Positions 19,924 through 29,482 are shown, counted from the stretch's first letter. The stretch: DNA of 57,413 nt from an uncultured Halobacteriales archaeon (GCA_964626045.1 CAZVCA010000003.1:1-57413), one strand, 5' to 3'. Notes: generated by a model from the sequence alone, not told the origin. A program made the numbers and translations.

Positions 19924-22790
19924 CGTTCGCCGCTGATCGACGCGGGCGCATCCCCTTCGCCTTCATTGGGGCCCTTCTGCTGCTATCGAGTTCGTTTTAC
20001 GCCGTTTCCGTCGCCCCGCCAGCACCGACTGACCCCGTCGCAGACGAGGTCGTGACGGACACACAGGTCGAAGCCCGTATCGCGATGGACGGCGCGATTC
20101 GAGACGCGAGTCACACCACCGCAGCGGCGCCGGTGCTGGAACCGAGCGAATCCGGCATGGGTTCCGTACTCAGCGAGGAAACGACGTTTCGTGACGCCCT
20201 CGAGCTTCGCGTCGCGAGTGGTGTCAGGGACGCCCTGGCCGCCGTCGCTGTCCGTCGGGACGGGCTCGAGGCGACGGTCTCGCTTCCACCGATTCAGGAC
20301 CGTGACTCGGCTCGGCAAGCCTTGGAGGACGTCTCGATCAGGGAGGTCGCGGACCGGCGGTATCGCGTCCGCATCGAAAACCTGCACGTCACGCTCACGC
20401 GACACGGCCAGCCGGTCTCGGTGACACGCTATAACGCCACGCTGACAATGGCCCTACCCGCCATCGAGCTCCACAAGCGAACCAGTCGCTACGAGTCCCG
20501 GCTGACCGCCGGGACGACCGCGGCCGGATTCAGCCGCGATCTGACCGCCCGACTCTTTCCCATCGTCTGGATGCGTGGGTACGCCCAGTACGGTGGCGCC
20601 CCGATCAAGAACGTGCTCGCCAACCGACACGTGGAAGTGATGGCAAACGACGCGCTCCTCGCCCAGCAGGCAGCCGTCTTCGGTATCGAGGATCCGACGG
20701 GCCGAAACGCGACCAGTCGGGCTGCGGCGACCGTGGCGACACGGGACGCGTTTCTGGGCGCCGAAGAAACCGTCAAGTCACAATTGGGGAAGCCACAGGG
20801 AGATCAGACGGGAGCCGGGGAACCCTCGAGTTCACCGGCCGTTCCAATTCCTGGAGTCGTTGACACCGAACAGTCCGTCGACCCGGAACACGAGGCGAAT
20901 ACCGCGTACCTGGCCTTCATCGAGGGTCGAGACGGGCGAAGCCTGGATGGGATCGTCGATGACATCTACCAGGGGGACGTGCGCGTGACTACCTCAGCGA
21001 CCCGGTCGGAAACTGAGCGCGAATCTTTCGGATCACGACCGGCGAACGCGACCCGGCTGTTCACGGAGACGAGTACTGATCAATGGCACGAGGACGGCGA
21101 GTTTCGAGACGGCCACGGAACGACCCTCCGGAGCTATCGAGCCCGCGTCATCGAGGAGCGCGTGCGACGGACCTACTGGGCCACGAATGCGTCGATCGAG
21201 ACGACGACCTCGCTGAAACGGACGACCTATCGGGTCACACTGGACATCGACGCCCGCTATCGGCCGCCCGGAATCGCTCCGGACCGACCCATTGGCACCC
21301 TCCCGTATGGCCCGACCGCGGAAGATCGGCTTCGTGAAGCCGCGACCGACCGCCTTTTGGGCGGCTCCCAACCGAAACGGCGGGCCGTCGCGGCGATCGA
21401 CGGTGGCGGTTCGACCGGGTGGCAAACCCTCGATATCGATCCGCCCGCGCATGTCACCACGCAAGCCCAGCGACAGACGGCCGATCTTCGCCGGGCTATT
21501 CAGGACGTTTCTGTGACCCTCGAAACTCGATCGGTGGCAAGTTCGACAAACCCCGCCGCCGAATTGCGCGGTCGGCTGACCGACGAGCGACCACAGCTCC
21601 TCGATATTCCATACCGGTATGACTCGCTGGCGGACCGGGCCGTCGCGGCCGCTCGCCTGTCGTATTACGAGCGGGTCACTGCCGAACTCGGGGCCGAAAC
21701 GCCGAAAATCCAGCAGGCCCAGAACGCGTTTGCCGACATGCTCGGGTCACGGATGATTCCGAGTGGGCGCCCGGAGCGGTCGAAGCCGTCCACGGACTCG
21801 TACGTCACGAGCGTTGATGGCGGGCCCGCGTATCTCTCGGCCGATCCACCCGACGGGAGTGACCCGCCGCTTGCCGCCAGAAACGTGAACCTCTTTACAG
21901 TCCCCTACGGTGACACAGCCGATGCGATCGTCGAGGGGATCGGTCGAAAGGATCGGCAGGTCTCCATCCGCACAGCAGCCCAGACCCTCGCCGTCCTCGA
22001 GCGGACAGACCGGGGAGCAGCCCACGACCGGCGGGAATTGCGCCGTTCGCTGGCGGATTCGGTCGAAGCGATCATGGATCGCTATCACGCGGTTGTGGCG
22101 CGGGACGTCGGGTATCGGGAAGCTGATCGGGCCATCCGCTCCGCCAGGCACGAATGGACGACAGTTCATGGGGAGGCCCTGGCGATCGCGGACGGTCGCA
22201 TGGCGGAAGCGATCGAGGCCGAACTTCCGCATGGGCTGGCGGCAACGGATCAGGACCGGCTGCGGGTGGCCCTCCGTGTCGCCGGAACGGAAGCGAGATC
22301 CGAGGGGCAGGTTCACGTCCCGGAATCCCTGGTCGAACAGGCCCGACAGGACGGGACCACCCCTGGGTCGCCGATGGTCGAAGAATCGATCAAATCGGGC
22401 GCGACGGAGGCGACGACACACGTGTGGGAACGCCAGACTGGCACGAAGGTCGGGAGTCTCCCAGCCGGACTGCCCCTCCTGCCGACCCCCGGCTCCTGGT
22501 ATGCGACCGTCAACGCGTGGACGGTGGAGGTCACCGGCCAGTACGACCACTTCACCGTCGCGACTCGCCGGGCGGCTCCGGGCCGTCACACGAACGGGAC
22601 TGTCGAATACGTCCGGGAGAATCGGACGATTACAGCGGATATCGACAACGACGGCCAGCCCGAACGCCTGGGACGGAATCGCCCGATTTCCTTCGACGCC
22701 CAAACAGGGGTCATTATCGTGGTACCTCCGGGGAAAACCGGTGTCGGTGACGTCGACGGGCAGGCGATCGAAACCTCGTCGGGGTGGTAG
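19920..22790 (+). CDS. Large (956 aa) pilin-like/adhesin-like surface protein
   Basis: RRG|RIPFAFIGALLLLSSSFY class III-like N-terminus; YAQYGGAPIKNVLANRHVE; C-terminal GLPLLPTPGSWYATVNAW, DIDNDG, VVPPGKTGVGDVDG. Confidence 0.7.
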   Translation: MTFAADRRGRIPFAFIGALLLLSSSFYAVSVAPPAPTDPVADEVVTDTQVEARIAMDGAIRDASHTTAAAPVLEPSESGMGSVLSEETTFRDALELRVASGVRDALAAVAVRRDGLEATVSLPPIQDRDSARQALEDVSIREVADRRYRVRIENLHVTLTRHGQPVSVTRYNATLTMALPAIELHKRTSRYESRLTAGTTAAGFSRDLTARLFPIVWMRGYAQYGGAPIKNVLANRHVEVMANDALLAQQAAVFGIEDPTGRNATSRAAATVATRDAFLGAEETVKSQLGKPQGDQTGAGEPSSSPAVPIPGVVDTEQSVDPEHEANTAYLAFIEGRDGRSLDGIVDDIYQGDVRVTTSATRSETERESFGSRPANATRLFTETSTDQWHEDGEFRDGHGTTLRSYRARVIEERVRRTYWATNASIETTTSLKRTTYRVTLDIDARYRPPGIAPDRPIGTLPYGPTAEDRLREAATDRLLGGSQPKRRAVAAIDGGGSTGWQTLDIDPPAHVTTQAQRQTADLRRAIQDVSVTLETRSVASSTNPAAELRGRLTDERPQLLDIPYRYDSLADRAVAAARLSYYERVTAELGAETPKIQQAQNAFADMLGSRMIPSGRPERSKPSTDSYVTSVDGGPAYLSADPPDGSDPPLAARNVNLFTVPYGDTADAIVEGIGRKDRQVSIRTAAQTLAVLERTDRGAAHDRRELRRSLADSVEAIMDRYHAVVARDVGYREADRAIRSARHEWTTVHGEALAIADGRMAEAIEAELPHGLAATDQDRLRVALRVAGTEARSEGQVHVPESLVEQARQDGTTPGSPMVEESIKSGATEATTHVWERQTGTKVGSLPAGLPLLPTPGSWYATVNAWTVEVTGQYDHFTVATRRAAPGRHTNGTVEYVRENRTITADIDNDGQPERLGRNRPISFDAQTGVIIVVPPGKTGVGDVDGQAIETSSGW

Positions 22791-22847
22791 GCGATGGCTG
22801 GGTGTGGGCACCGTGACAACCTCGAAACATGGAGGGATCGTGGCCTG

Positions 22848-23330
22848 ATGAGCGACCCACCGCTTGGGACCTTCCTCGAAGCGCGTGATCGTGCTGATTC
22901 GAGGGCAGCAATCGACGAAGCTGCCTTTGCCACGCTGGAAGCCGAGTTGGTAGAAATCCTTGCCGAGATCGTTGGAACGAGGGGTGTCGATGCGATCGTC
23001 GCCGAAACGTCCATCGAACCGGGCGCCCTCGACCCGTTGATTGGAGAGACGGCGCCAGAGGGGGATTCGCTCACCCTCGAAACCGCTGCTGCCGTCCTCT
23101 CGATGACCATCGGATTCTCGGCGAGCGAGGTGCGGGCGCGGCTTCGGGACCACCTCGTTATCGCCATGAGCCGTGGCCCGATCGACGTCACCACGGTTGC
23201 AGAGCGATACGGTTTCGGGGAGCCGGCCTCGCTCCGGGCGAAAATCGAGGGCGAAGAACCGTTTTTGCTTCGCGAATACGCTCGCCTGCGGGTCGTGCTG
23301 GGGTGGATCGACGCGAATCACAAACCTTGA
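22848..23330 (+). CDS. Conserved haloarchaeal hypothetical protein with two HTH-like repeats
   Basis: LTLETAAAVL, RDHLVIAMS..IDVTTVA, LRAKIEGEEPFLLREYARL. Confidence 0.65.
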   Translation: MSDPPLGTFLEARDRADSRAAIDEAAFATLEAELVEILAEIVGTRGVDAIVAETSIEPGALDPLIGETAPEGDSLTLETAAAVLSMTIGFSASEVRARLRDHLVIAMSRGPIDVTTVAERYGFGEPASLRAKIEGEEPFLLREYARLRVVLGWIDANHKP

Positions 23331-24560
23331 TTGCTGGGCCCTGCAAGTGGTGGTGTGCATCCGCCGGACAGTGCCCACGTTGAGCGCCGCCGCTTGCAGG
23401 TGTTCTCGTCGCTTTTGCTGCTCGTCTTTCTCGTCAACTTCGGCCGGGTCGTCTTCGCCCCGCTTTTGGATCCGTTCATCCGTGTCTTCGACGCTGGCGA
23501 GGCGACTGTGGGTTTGATCGCGACCCTCGCCTGGATGGGAAGTGCCCTCCCGCGACTCCCGACGGGATATCTGTTGACCCGCTATGCCCGCCATCGAGTC
23601 ATTCTCGCCACGGGGATCTTGCTCGCCGCCGCGGCGATTTTCACGTCGTTGGCCCAGTCTATCTGGCACGTGGGGATCGGTGCCTTCGTGCTGGGGACGG
23701 CAAGTGGCATCTACTTCATCGCCGCCAATCCGCTGGTCAGCGAACTCTTCCCGGATCGGGTCGGGCGGGTCCTCGGGATTCACGGCACGGCGTCACAAAC
23801 GGCGGCGGTCGTCGCGCCGTTTCTCGTGGCGGCGGCCATCGCGCTTTACAACTGGCGGCTCCTCTTTGTCGGCATGGCCATCGTGGCGCTCCTCGGGACC
23901 GGCGGCCTCGTGTATACGGCTGGCAGAACCGATTTGCCTGATGTTGGCCGAGGCGACAGACACCTGAGTCGGTCGGTCCGAAAGCACTGGCCGCTGGTCG
24001 TCACGGCGATCGCGGTGATCGGCGCGACGGGGTTCGTGTGGAACGGCTTTTTCAATTTCTTCGTCCGCTATCTGATCGTGACGAAGTCCCTCTCGCCGGG
24101 CGTCGCGGGTACCATGTTGACGCTCATCTTCGCCGCCGGCGTGCCGGCGTTCTTTTACGGCGGGCGACTGGCCGACCGAGTCCCCCGGATCCCGCTCATG
24201 CTGGTTATCATTGCGGCCTTCGTGGTCTCGTTGCTAACGATGACGATCGTCGATGGACTGGTCACGATCGCGATCGCGACCGCGGTCATGGGACTGGTCT
24301 TTCACAGTCTGCTCCCGGTCATCGATACCTACCTCCTGGATGCGCTCCCGGACGCGGACCGATCGAGCGCGTATTCGGCCTACAGCGCCACGATGATGAT
24401 CATCCAGGCGACGGGGAGCGTGATCGTCGGGATCCTGGTCGAAAGCGGGCTCACCTTCGATCGGGTTTATCGGTCGTTTTCGATCGTCCTCGTCGTGATC
24501 TTCCTGCTCCTGCTTGGCCTGCATCTGGCAGACCGGTTGCCAGAACGGACAAGGTCTTGA
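23331..24560 (+). CDS. MFS transporter
   Basis: About 12 TM helices, VNFGRVVFAPLL, GGRLADRVPR. True start may lie slightly downstream. Confidence 0.88.
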   Translation: MLGPASGGVHPPDSAHVERRRLQVFSSLLLLVFLVNFGRVVFAPLLDPFIRVFDAGEATVGLIATLAWMGSALPRLPTGYLLTRYARHRVILATGILLAAAAIFTSLAQSIWHVGIGAFVLGTASGIYFIAANPLVSELFPDRVGRVLGIHGTASQTAAVVAPFLVAAAIALYNWRLLFVGMAIVALLGTGGLVYTAGRTDLPDVGRGDRHLSRSVRKHWPLVVTAIAVIGATGFVWNGFFNFFVRYLIVTKSLSPGVAGTMLTLIFAAGVPAFFYGGRLADRVPRIPLMLVIIAAFVVSLLTMTIVDGLVTIAIATAVMGLVFHSLLPVIDTYLLDALPDADRSSAYSAYSATMMIIQATGSVIVGILVESGLTFDRVYRSFSIVLVVIFLLLLGLHLADRLPERTRS

Positions 24561-24583
24561 TGCATGGGGGTCAAAGCCGGCCC

Positions 24584-25051
24584 ATGGAGCTGTCAGGCGA
24601 CGAACTCGCCGGGATCGTCGACCAGTTCGGGGCCCTGTCGCGGGACACGCTGGAAGAAGCGATCCAGGAGACGGCGTTCCGCGCCGGCGAAAAACTCCAA
24701 CCGGCGACCGTCGACACGTGGATCGAAGACGCGCTCGCAGCGTTTGCCCTCCTCGAGGTCGAGGTCGACGGAACCACCCGTATCGTCCCCGGCCCGCGGG
24801 CCTTTCCGTCCGTTCCGGACATGGCAACGGATCTCCCCCACGTTCTCGACGTCGAGCCCCGGTCGGTCCCGACTGCGGCCCTCGAACGGGGGCTCCGCAA
24901 CCGCCTTGCGGAGGCGGCAGACGAGATCGAGTCCGCCGACCGGGCGCACGAACTCATCGACGTGACCTACGACGCCGAGGCGTGGGTGGGCGCCGATTTC
25001 GGGGACGTCCGGGACCGATTACAGCAAATCGAGGGGGCCCGGGAGAGCTAA
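24584..25051 (+). CDS. Conserved haloarchaeal hypothetical protein
   Basis: Acidic; MELSGDELAGIVDQFGALSR, PGPRAFP, DLPHVLDV, LIDVTYDAEAW. 3' part of ORF 24038..25051. Confidence 0.75.
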   Translation: MELSGDELAGIVDQFGALSRDTLEEAIQETAFRAGEKLQPATVDTWIEDALAAFALLEVEVDGTTRIVPGPRAFPSVPDMATDLPHVLDVEPRSVPTAALERGLRNRLAEAADEIESADRAHELIDVTYDAEAWVGADFGDVRDRLQQIEGARES

Positions 25052-25074
25052 GTGGGAGGCCACGAATACCCGAT

Positions 25075-25704
25075 ATGGACCTGGCCCCGGTGGCCGACTG
25101 GGAGCCGTCGCGCATCGGCGACCCCGAGCGCGCGGCGGCAGTCCTCGTACCGGTGACCGAACCGGGGACAGAACTGGTTTTCATCAGGCGGTCATCGACC
25201 CTCGCCGAGCATCCCGGTGAAATGAGTTTCCCCGGAGGGAACGTCGAACGGCGCGATCGGAACCGTGAGGCGACGGCTATCAGGGAGTCTGGGGAAGAAG
25301 TCGGGCTTCGACCAGCCGAAATAACCACCGTCGGTCGCCTCGATGACGTCCAGACGGTCTCGGGCTACACGGTGTCTCCCTTCGTCGCTACCGTGCCCAA
25401 CCGAGACTATGGGCCGGGGGACGACGAGGTAGCTGAAGTCGTCCGCTTAGCCGTCGGGGATCTGGCCGACCCGGCCAATCACACGTTCGAGCCGCGAGAG
25501 CACCCGGGTTTCGGCACCGTTCCGTGCCATCACTTTCACGTCGGTGATCGAACGATCTGGGGCGCGACGGCGCGGATGCTCGTTCAGCTGCTTCGTCTCG
25601 GGACCGAATGGTCCGTTCCGCAGCCAGAAACACCGACACTGGGAGAACTCGTCGCGGAACATGGGAGCCACCCCACGACCGAGCGACCCTCAGGCCGCCG
25701 CTGA
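25075..25704 (+). CDS. Nudix hydrolase, CoA pyrophosphatase type
   Basis: AAVLVP, HPGEMSFPGG, Nudix box ATAIRESGEEVGL, IWGATARML. Confidence 0.9.
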   Translation: MDLAPVADWEPSRIGDPERAAAVLVPVTEPGTELVFIRRSSTLAEHPGEMSFPGGNVERRDRNREATAIRESGEEVGLRPAEITTVGRLDDVQTVSGYTVSPFVATVPNRDYGPGDDEVAEVVRLAVGDLADPANHTFEPREHPGFGTVPCHHFHVGDRTIWGATARMLVQLLRLGTEWSVPQPETPTLGELVAEHGSHPTTERPSGRR

Positions 25705-26109
25705 GTCCTCGACCGGGTCCGTGGGCGTTTTCGGGATTTCGACGACCAGAGTCCCATGATCAGTCAACGTCGCCGTCGCCTCGTCCGGTCGAATGCCCGA
25801 AGTGGGGAGGGGCACCGACCCGTCTAGTTCGAGGCCACGACCCGGGACGACCATCTCGAACCCCTCGTTGAACGGGCGGAACCGATCGATCCTGACTTCG
25901 AGGGTGCTGTCGGTCAGCTGGACGTTCACGTCACTCGCCGTCGCGCCGGGCGCGTCGAGGACCACTCGATACGCCTCGTCGCTCTCGAGGACGTCAGCGG
26001 GAAGCGGGGATTCCTCCTGCACCTTGCTCGTCACGCGGCCGAAGCGGTCGAGCAACATGTCGGGGAGCGATTCGCCGATTTCCTTGAGTGCCCGGGGATC
26101 TGTGTTCAT
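25690..26109 (-). CDS. Hsp20/alpha-crystallin family protein
   Basis: DVLESDEAYRVVLDAPG, ATLTDHGTLVVEIPK. Confidence 0.88.
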   Translation of the reverse strand: MNTDPRALKEIGESLPDMLLDRFGRVTSKVQEESPLPADVLESDEAYRVVLDAPGATASDVNVQLTDSTLEVRIDRFRPFNEGFEMVVPGRGLELDGSVPLPTSGIRPDEATATLTDHGTLVVEIPKTPTDPVEDSAAA

Positions 26110-26264
26110 ACGGTGATCTCCTCCAAGGTGTCAGTTTGCCCGCAGTACGGACAGGCAAAATCCTCGATGGTCGTCGCATCCGGCATGTCGTAGGTGTAGT
26201 GGACCTCGAACATGTCGAGTTCGCAGTCGGGGTTCGTGCAGCTGAATTCCTTCGTCGGCGGCAT
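26106..26264 (-). CDS. Small CPxCG-related zinc-finger protein (52 aa)
   Basis: MPPTKEFSCTNPDCELDMFEVHYTYDMPD...FACPYCG; ATGA coupled to hsp20. 3' end of ORF 26106..26798. Confidence 0.8.
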   Translation of the reverse strand: MPPTKEFSCTNPDCELDMFEVHYTYDMPDATTIEDFACPYCGQTDTLEEITV

Positions 26265-26345
26265 ACACGGGGTTCGGGCGCGGCAGGCATAAGCCCAGTG
26301 GGGCCGCCCGGAGCCCTTTTGCCGGTCGGACGGCAAACCAGTGCG

Positions 26346-28049
26346 ATGACCACCCCAGTCGGCATTTCGGTCGTGCTCGTCGACGGCTACGTCGACGAGC
26401 CCGCCCATTTCGGGGTCCCTCCGTACATCTCGACGTATCCGCGGTATACGGCCGGTGCGTTGCGGGACGCTGGCGTTCCGGCCGACGCGATCACCTATGT
26501 CACAATCGACGCATTGCGTGAGGACCGCTCGAACTGGGAAGCCGTCGAATCCGCCGATCTCCTCGTTTATTTGGGGGGCATGACGGTGCCGGGCAGTTAC
26601 GTCGGCGGCACGCCGGCTGAACCGGCGGAGGCGCGGGAACTCGCCTGGACGGCGACCGGGACTTCGGTGATGGGAGGACCTGTTCGGTTCGGCGTCGGCG
26701 AGGCGAACGAAGGGGGCACGGAGACGAAACGCGCCGACCTCGACTTCGACTTCCTGGCGATGGCCGACGTCGAAGCCGCCGCCTTCGACCTCGTGCAAAA
26801 CGGGCTGGAGGGCTTCAACGACCGGTACCGGTCACTCGAGGAGGCAGACCGATGGGCCGAACTCGGTGCCTTCATCCTCGAGCAGCACCCGGACCATCCA
26901 GACGCCGTGATCGCCGAAATCGAAACGGCGAGGGGGTGTGCCTACCGCTGTTCGTTCTGTACCGAACCACTGTACGGCGATCCGACCTTCAGGGAGCCGG
27001 AGGCGATACACGCGGAGATCGGGGCGCTCGCGGATCGGGGGGTCTCGCACTTCCGTCTCGGGCGCCAGGCCGACATTTTGGCCTACGGCGGTGACGGTGA
27101 GCGCCCGAATCCTGACGCGATCGAGACCCTCTACGCGGGGATCCGCTCCGTCGCTCCGGAACTCGAGACCCTTCACATGGATAATATGAATCCGGTGACG
27201 ATCGTCGACTATCCGGAGCGGTCGCGGGCGGCCCTCGAGGTGATCGCGACATACAATACGCCAGGGGATACCGCGGCCTTCGGGGTGGAGAGCGCGGATC
27301 CGGTCGTCCAGGCGGAAAACGACCTGCTCGTCACGCCAGAGGAGGCGTTTGAAGCCGTCGAACTCGTCAACGAGGTGGGCGGCTGGCGGCCGGGCGAAGA
27401 TCCATCGGGGGCACCGTCGACGGATCCGTCACTGCCGACGCGGTTACCGACGCTGCTTCCCGGCATCAATTTCGTGCATGGGTTGGCCGGGGAACGCGAG
27501 GAGACCTTCGAACACAATCGGGCCTTTCTCGACTCGATTCTCGAGGCGGGCCTGATGGTCCGACGGATCAACATCCGGCAGGTGATGGCTTTCGAAGGGA
27601 CCGAGATGGAAACGACCGGCTCCGCACTCGCCGAGGCCCACAAGCAGCAGTTCAAGGCCTACCGGTCCGCAGTCCGGGAGGACGTCGACGTGCCGATGCT
27701 CGAACGGGTCGCTCCGGCGGGAACGGTATTGCCCACCGTTCGGACCGAATATCACGACGGTGAGCACACCTTCGGTCGGCAACCGGGAACGTATCCGCTG
27801 CTCGTCGGCATTCCCAGCGATATCCCACTACGCGAATCAGTCGACGTGGCCGTGGTCGATCAGGGGCCGCGATCGGTGACAGCTGTTCCGTATCCCCTCG
27901 ACCCGAACGCGGCGAAGATGGCGACGCTCACGGCCATCCCCGGTATCGGGTCCTCGACGGCCGGGGATATCGTCGTGGGACAGCCATACGAGTCACTGGC
28001 GGAGCTACCTGCTGCTTCGGTCCTCGAACCGTTTGTCGACCTGGCTTAA
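26346..28049 (+). CDS. Radical SAM protein with C-terminal TRAM-like and helix-hairpin-helix regions (COG1031-like)
   Basis: DGYVDEPAHFGVPPY N-domain, ETARGCAYRCSFC (CxxxCxxC), RRINIRQV, HhH LTAIPGIG. Confidence 0.88.
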   Translation: MTTPVGISVVLVDGYVDEPAHFGVPPYISTYPRYTAGALRDAGVPADAITYVTIDALREDRSNWEAVESADLLVYLGGMTVPGSYVGGTPAEPAEARELAWTATGTSVMGGPVRFGVGEANEGGTETKRADLDFDFLAMADVEAAAFDLVQNGLEGFNDRYRSLEEADRWAELGAFILEQHPDHPDAVIAEIETARGCAYRCSFCTEPLYGDPTFREPEAIHAEIGALADRGVSHFRLGRQADILAYGGDGERPNPDAIETLYAGIRSVAPELETLHMDNMNPVTIVDYPERSRAALEVIATYNTPGDTAAFGVESADPVVQAENDLLVTPEEAFEAVELVNEVGGWRPGEDPSGAPSTDPSLPTRLPTLLPGINFVHGLAGEREETFEHNRAFLDSILEAGLMVRRINIRQVMAFEGTEMETTGSALAEAHKQQFKAYRSAVREDVDVPMLERVAPAGTVLPTVRTEYHDGEHTFGRQPGTYPLLVGIPSDIPLRESVDVAVVDQGPRSVTAVPYPLDPNAAKMATLTAIPGIGSSTAGDIVVGQPYESLAELPAASVLEPFVDLA

Positions 28050-28450
28050 TCGAAGTCTTCTTCGATGATGTCCCCGACCGCGAAGTTGGATTTGACCTCG
28101 CTGATCTCGACCTTTACCCGCTCGCCCATGTCGGCACCTGGGACGATGATGACGTAGCCTCGCTCGACTCGAGCGATGCCGTCGCCTTGCTTTCCGATGT
28201 CTTCGATTTCGACATAGCGGATCTCGCCCGCCTCGACGGGCGGCTGCGGTTCCGATGGCACCGTCGTTTCCCCCGTGCCTGCAGGTTCGGGCGAGCCGTC
28301 GCCGCGGGCGATGATCGCCACCCTGTACACCGAGCCGGGTTCGATCGTGCCGTTTTCGACTTCGCGTTCCGGGACCTCCACGACGTAGCCGTCGTCGTCT
28401 TCGGCCACTTCCCCATTGAACAGACAGAGCAGTTCGTCAGAGATTTCCAT
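28046..28450 (-). CDS. TRAM-domain RNA-binding protein
   Basis: PPVEAGEIRYVEIEDIGKQGDGIARVERGYVIIVPG...VKSNFAVG. Confidence 0.92.
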   Translation of the reverse strand: MEISDELLCLFNGEVAEDDDGYVVEVPEREVENGTIEPGSVYRVAIIARGDGSPEPAGTGETTVPSEPQPPVEAGEIRYVEIEDIGKQGDGIARVERGYVIIVPGADMGERVKVEISEVKSNFAVGDIIEEDFD

Positions 28451-28497
28451 TGATGAGCCTCTAGCGTGGACTCAACGCGGCCGGGTATTAGTATTTG

Positions 28498-29145
28498 TCA
28501 CCCTGGCTCGTCCAGTGGGCGTCCGTCGGGCCGCTTTTCTCCTTCGGAGTCGTGGACGACCGTCCCGGCCGCGTCGGGTCGAGGGGTATACGTGTCCCGG
28601 AGCGCGATCGTCTCCCGAAGCTCCGTTTTCGCCCGTTCGATCACCGTTTCGGCGATCGCGAGGGCTCGATGATTGGTCATGTCTGCGCCGAGGCCGGGAC
28701 ACTCGGAGGCTCGCACTCGACCTGCCGCTTTGACGGCGGCCTCCTCGGTGATCCCCGTGCCTGGCAGCGAGAGGCTAAACGGGTAGGTCTGACAGAGAAG
28801 TGGCCGGGTGTCGTATATTTCACACGCCGTCCCAGTTTCCCCCTCGTTGAGGAACGTACACGTGCCGTCAGGGTCGGTCTGGAGGGCCCACTCGAAGGTT
28901 TCACCGTCACTCTCGGTCAGCCCGTACGGCATCGGCCTGGCGACAGCCTCCCACTCCCGGTCGGTTCGGCTCTGGATCGCACGGATCTCATCGGGAAACA
29001 CCGTCGCCGTATGTGGGTCCGTGGCTGTCCCCCGGCAGCACCGGCCACAGCGGGTACACTCGAAGCCGATCTCCCGAATCTGCGGGGCGACCGATTCGGG
29101 ATCCATCGATTCGGCCCAGTCGAGGGCCGCTTCGAGTCGATTCAC
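28498..29145 (-). CDS. YkgJ family cysteine-cluster (CxxCxxCC) protein
   Basis: FECTRCGRCC, CTFL, CEIYDTRPLLCQTYPF. Confidence 0.88.
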   Translation of the reverse strand: MNRLEAALDWAESMDPESVAPQIREIGFECTRCGRCCRGTATDPHTATVFPDEIRAIQSRTDREWEAVARPMPYGLTESDGETFEWALQTDPDGTCTFLNEGETGTACEIYDTRPLLCQTYPFSLSLPGTGITEEAAVKAAGRVRASECPGLGADMTNHRALAIAETVIERAKTELRETIALRDTYTPRPDAAGTVVHDSEGEKRPDGRPLDEPG

Positions 29146-29215
29146 ACGCGCCTTAGGGGCGGTCGGCTGATAAATCTACAGAAGCCGTCAGGAGGGTCGA
29201 ACACTCGATGGCGAC

Positions 29216-29482
29216 TCAGACGTCCAGGTAATAGACTTGTTTCCGGGCGTCCTGGAAGCTGTACCGTGAGTCGACGAGGTCCGCGTCCGTCAGCCGGTTG
29301 AGGGCGTATCGCACCGTCCGGTCCGGCAGGAGCGATTCGTCGGCAAGTTGCCCCTGTGAAAGGGGCGCCTCCGTCTCGAGGACTTTCGCGACCAGTTTCG
29401 CGCTGGGGGGCAGTTCCCGGAGTTCCTCCCGGAACTCGTCGTTCGCCTGGATCGGTGATTGGCCAGTGGCCGACGTACTCAT
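29216..29482 (-). CDS. Small winged-helix (MarR/TrmB-like) regulator
   Basis: LPPSAKLVAKVL, LSQGQLADESLLPDRTVRYALNRL, DARKQVY. Confidence 0.88.
   Translation of the reverse strand: MSTSATGQSPIQANDEFREELRELPPSAKLVAKVLETEAPLSQGQLADESLLPDRTVRYALNRLTDADLVDSRYSFQDARKQVYYLDV

Noticed and set aside
14341-23330. Pilus locus as a conjugative element or provirus
   Set aside because: No VirB4, relaxase, integrase, capsid or att sites; composition matches the flanks and it sits among core genes.
24038-25074. Long upstream extensions of ORFs 24038..25051 and 24514..25704, suggesting fusions or frameshifts
   Set aside because: The extensions are Arg/Pro-rich off-frame readings of neighbouring genes; good ATG starts exist at 24584 and 25075.
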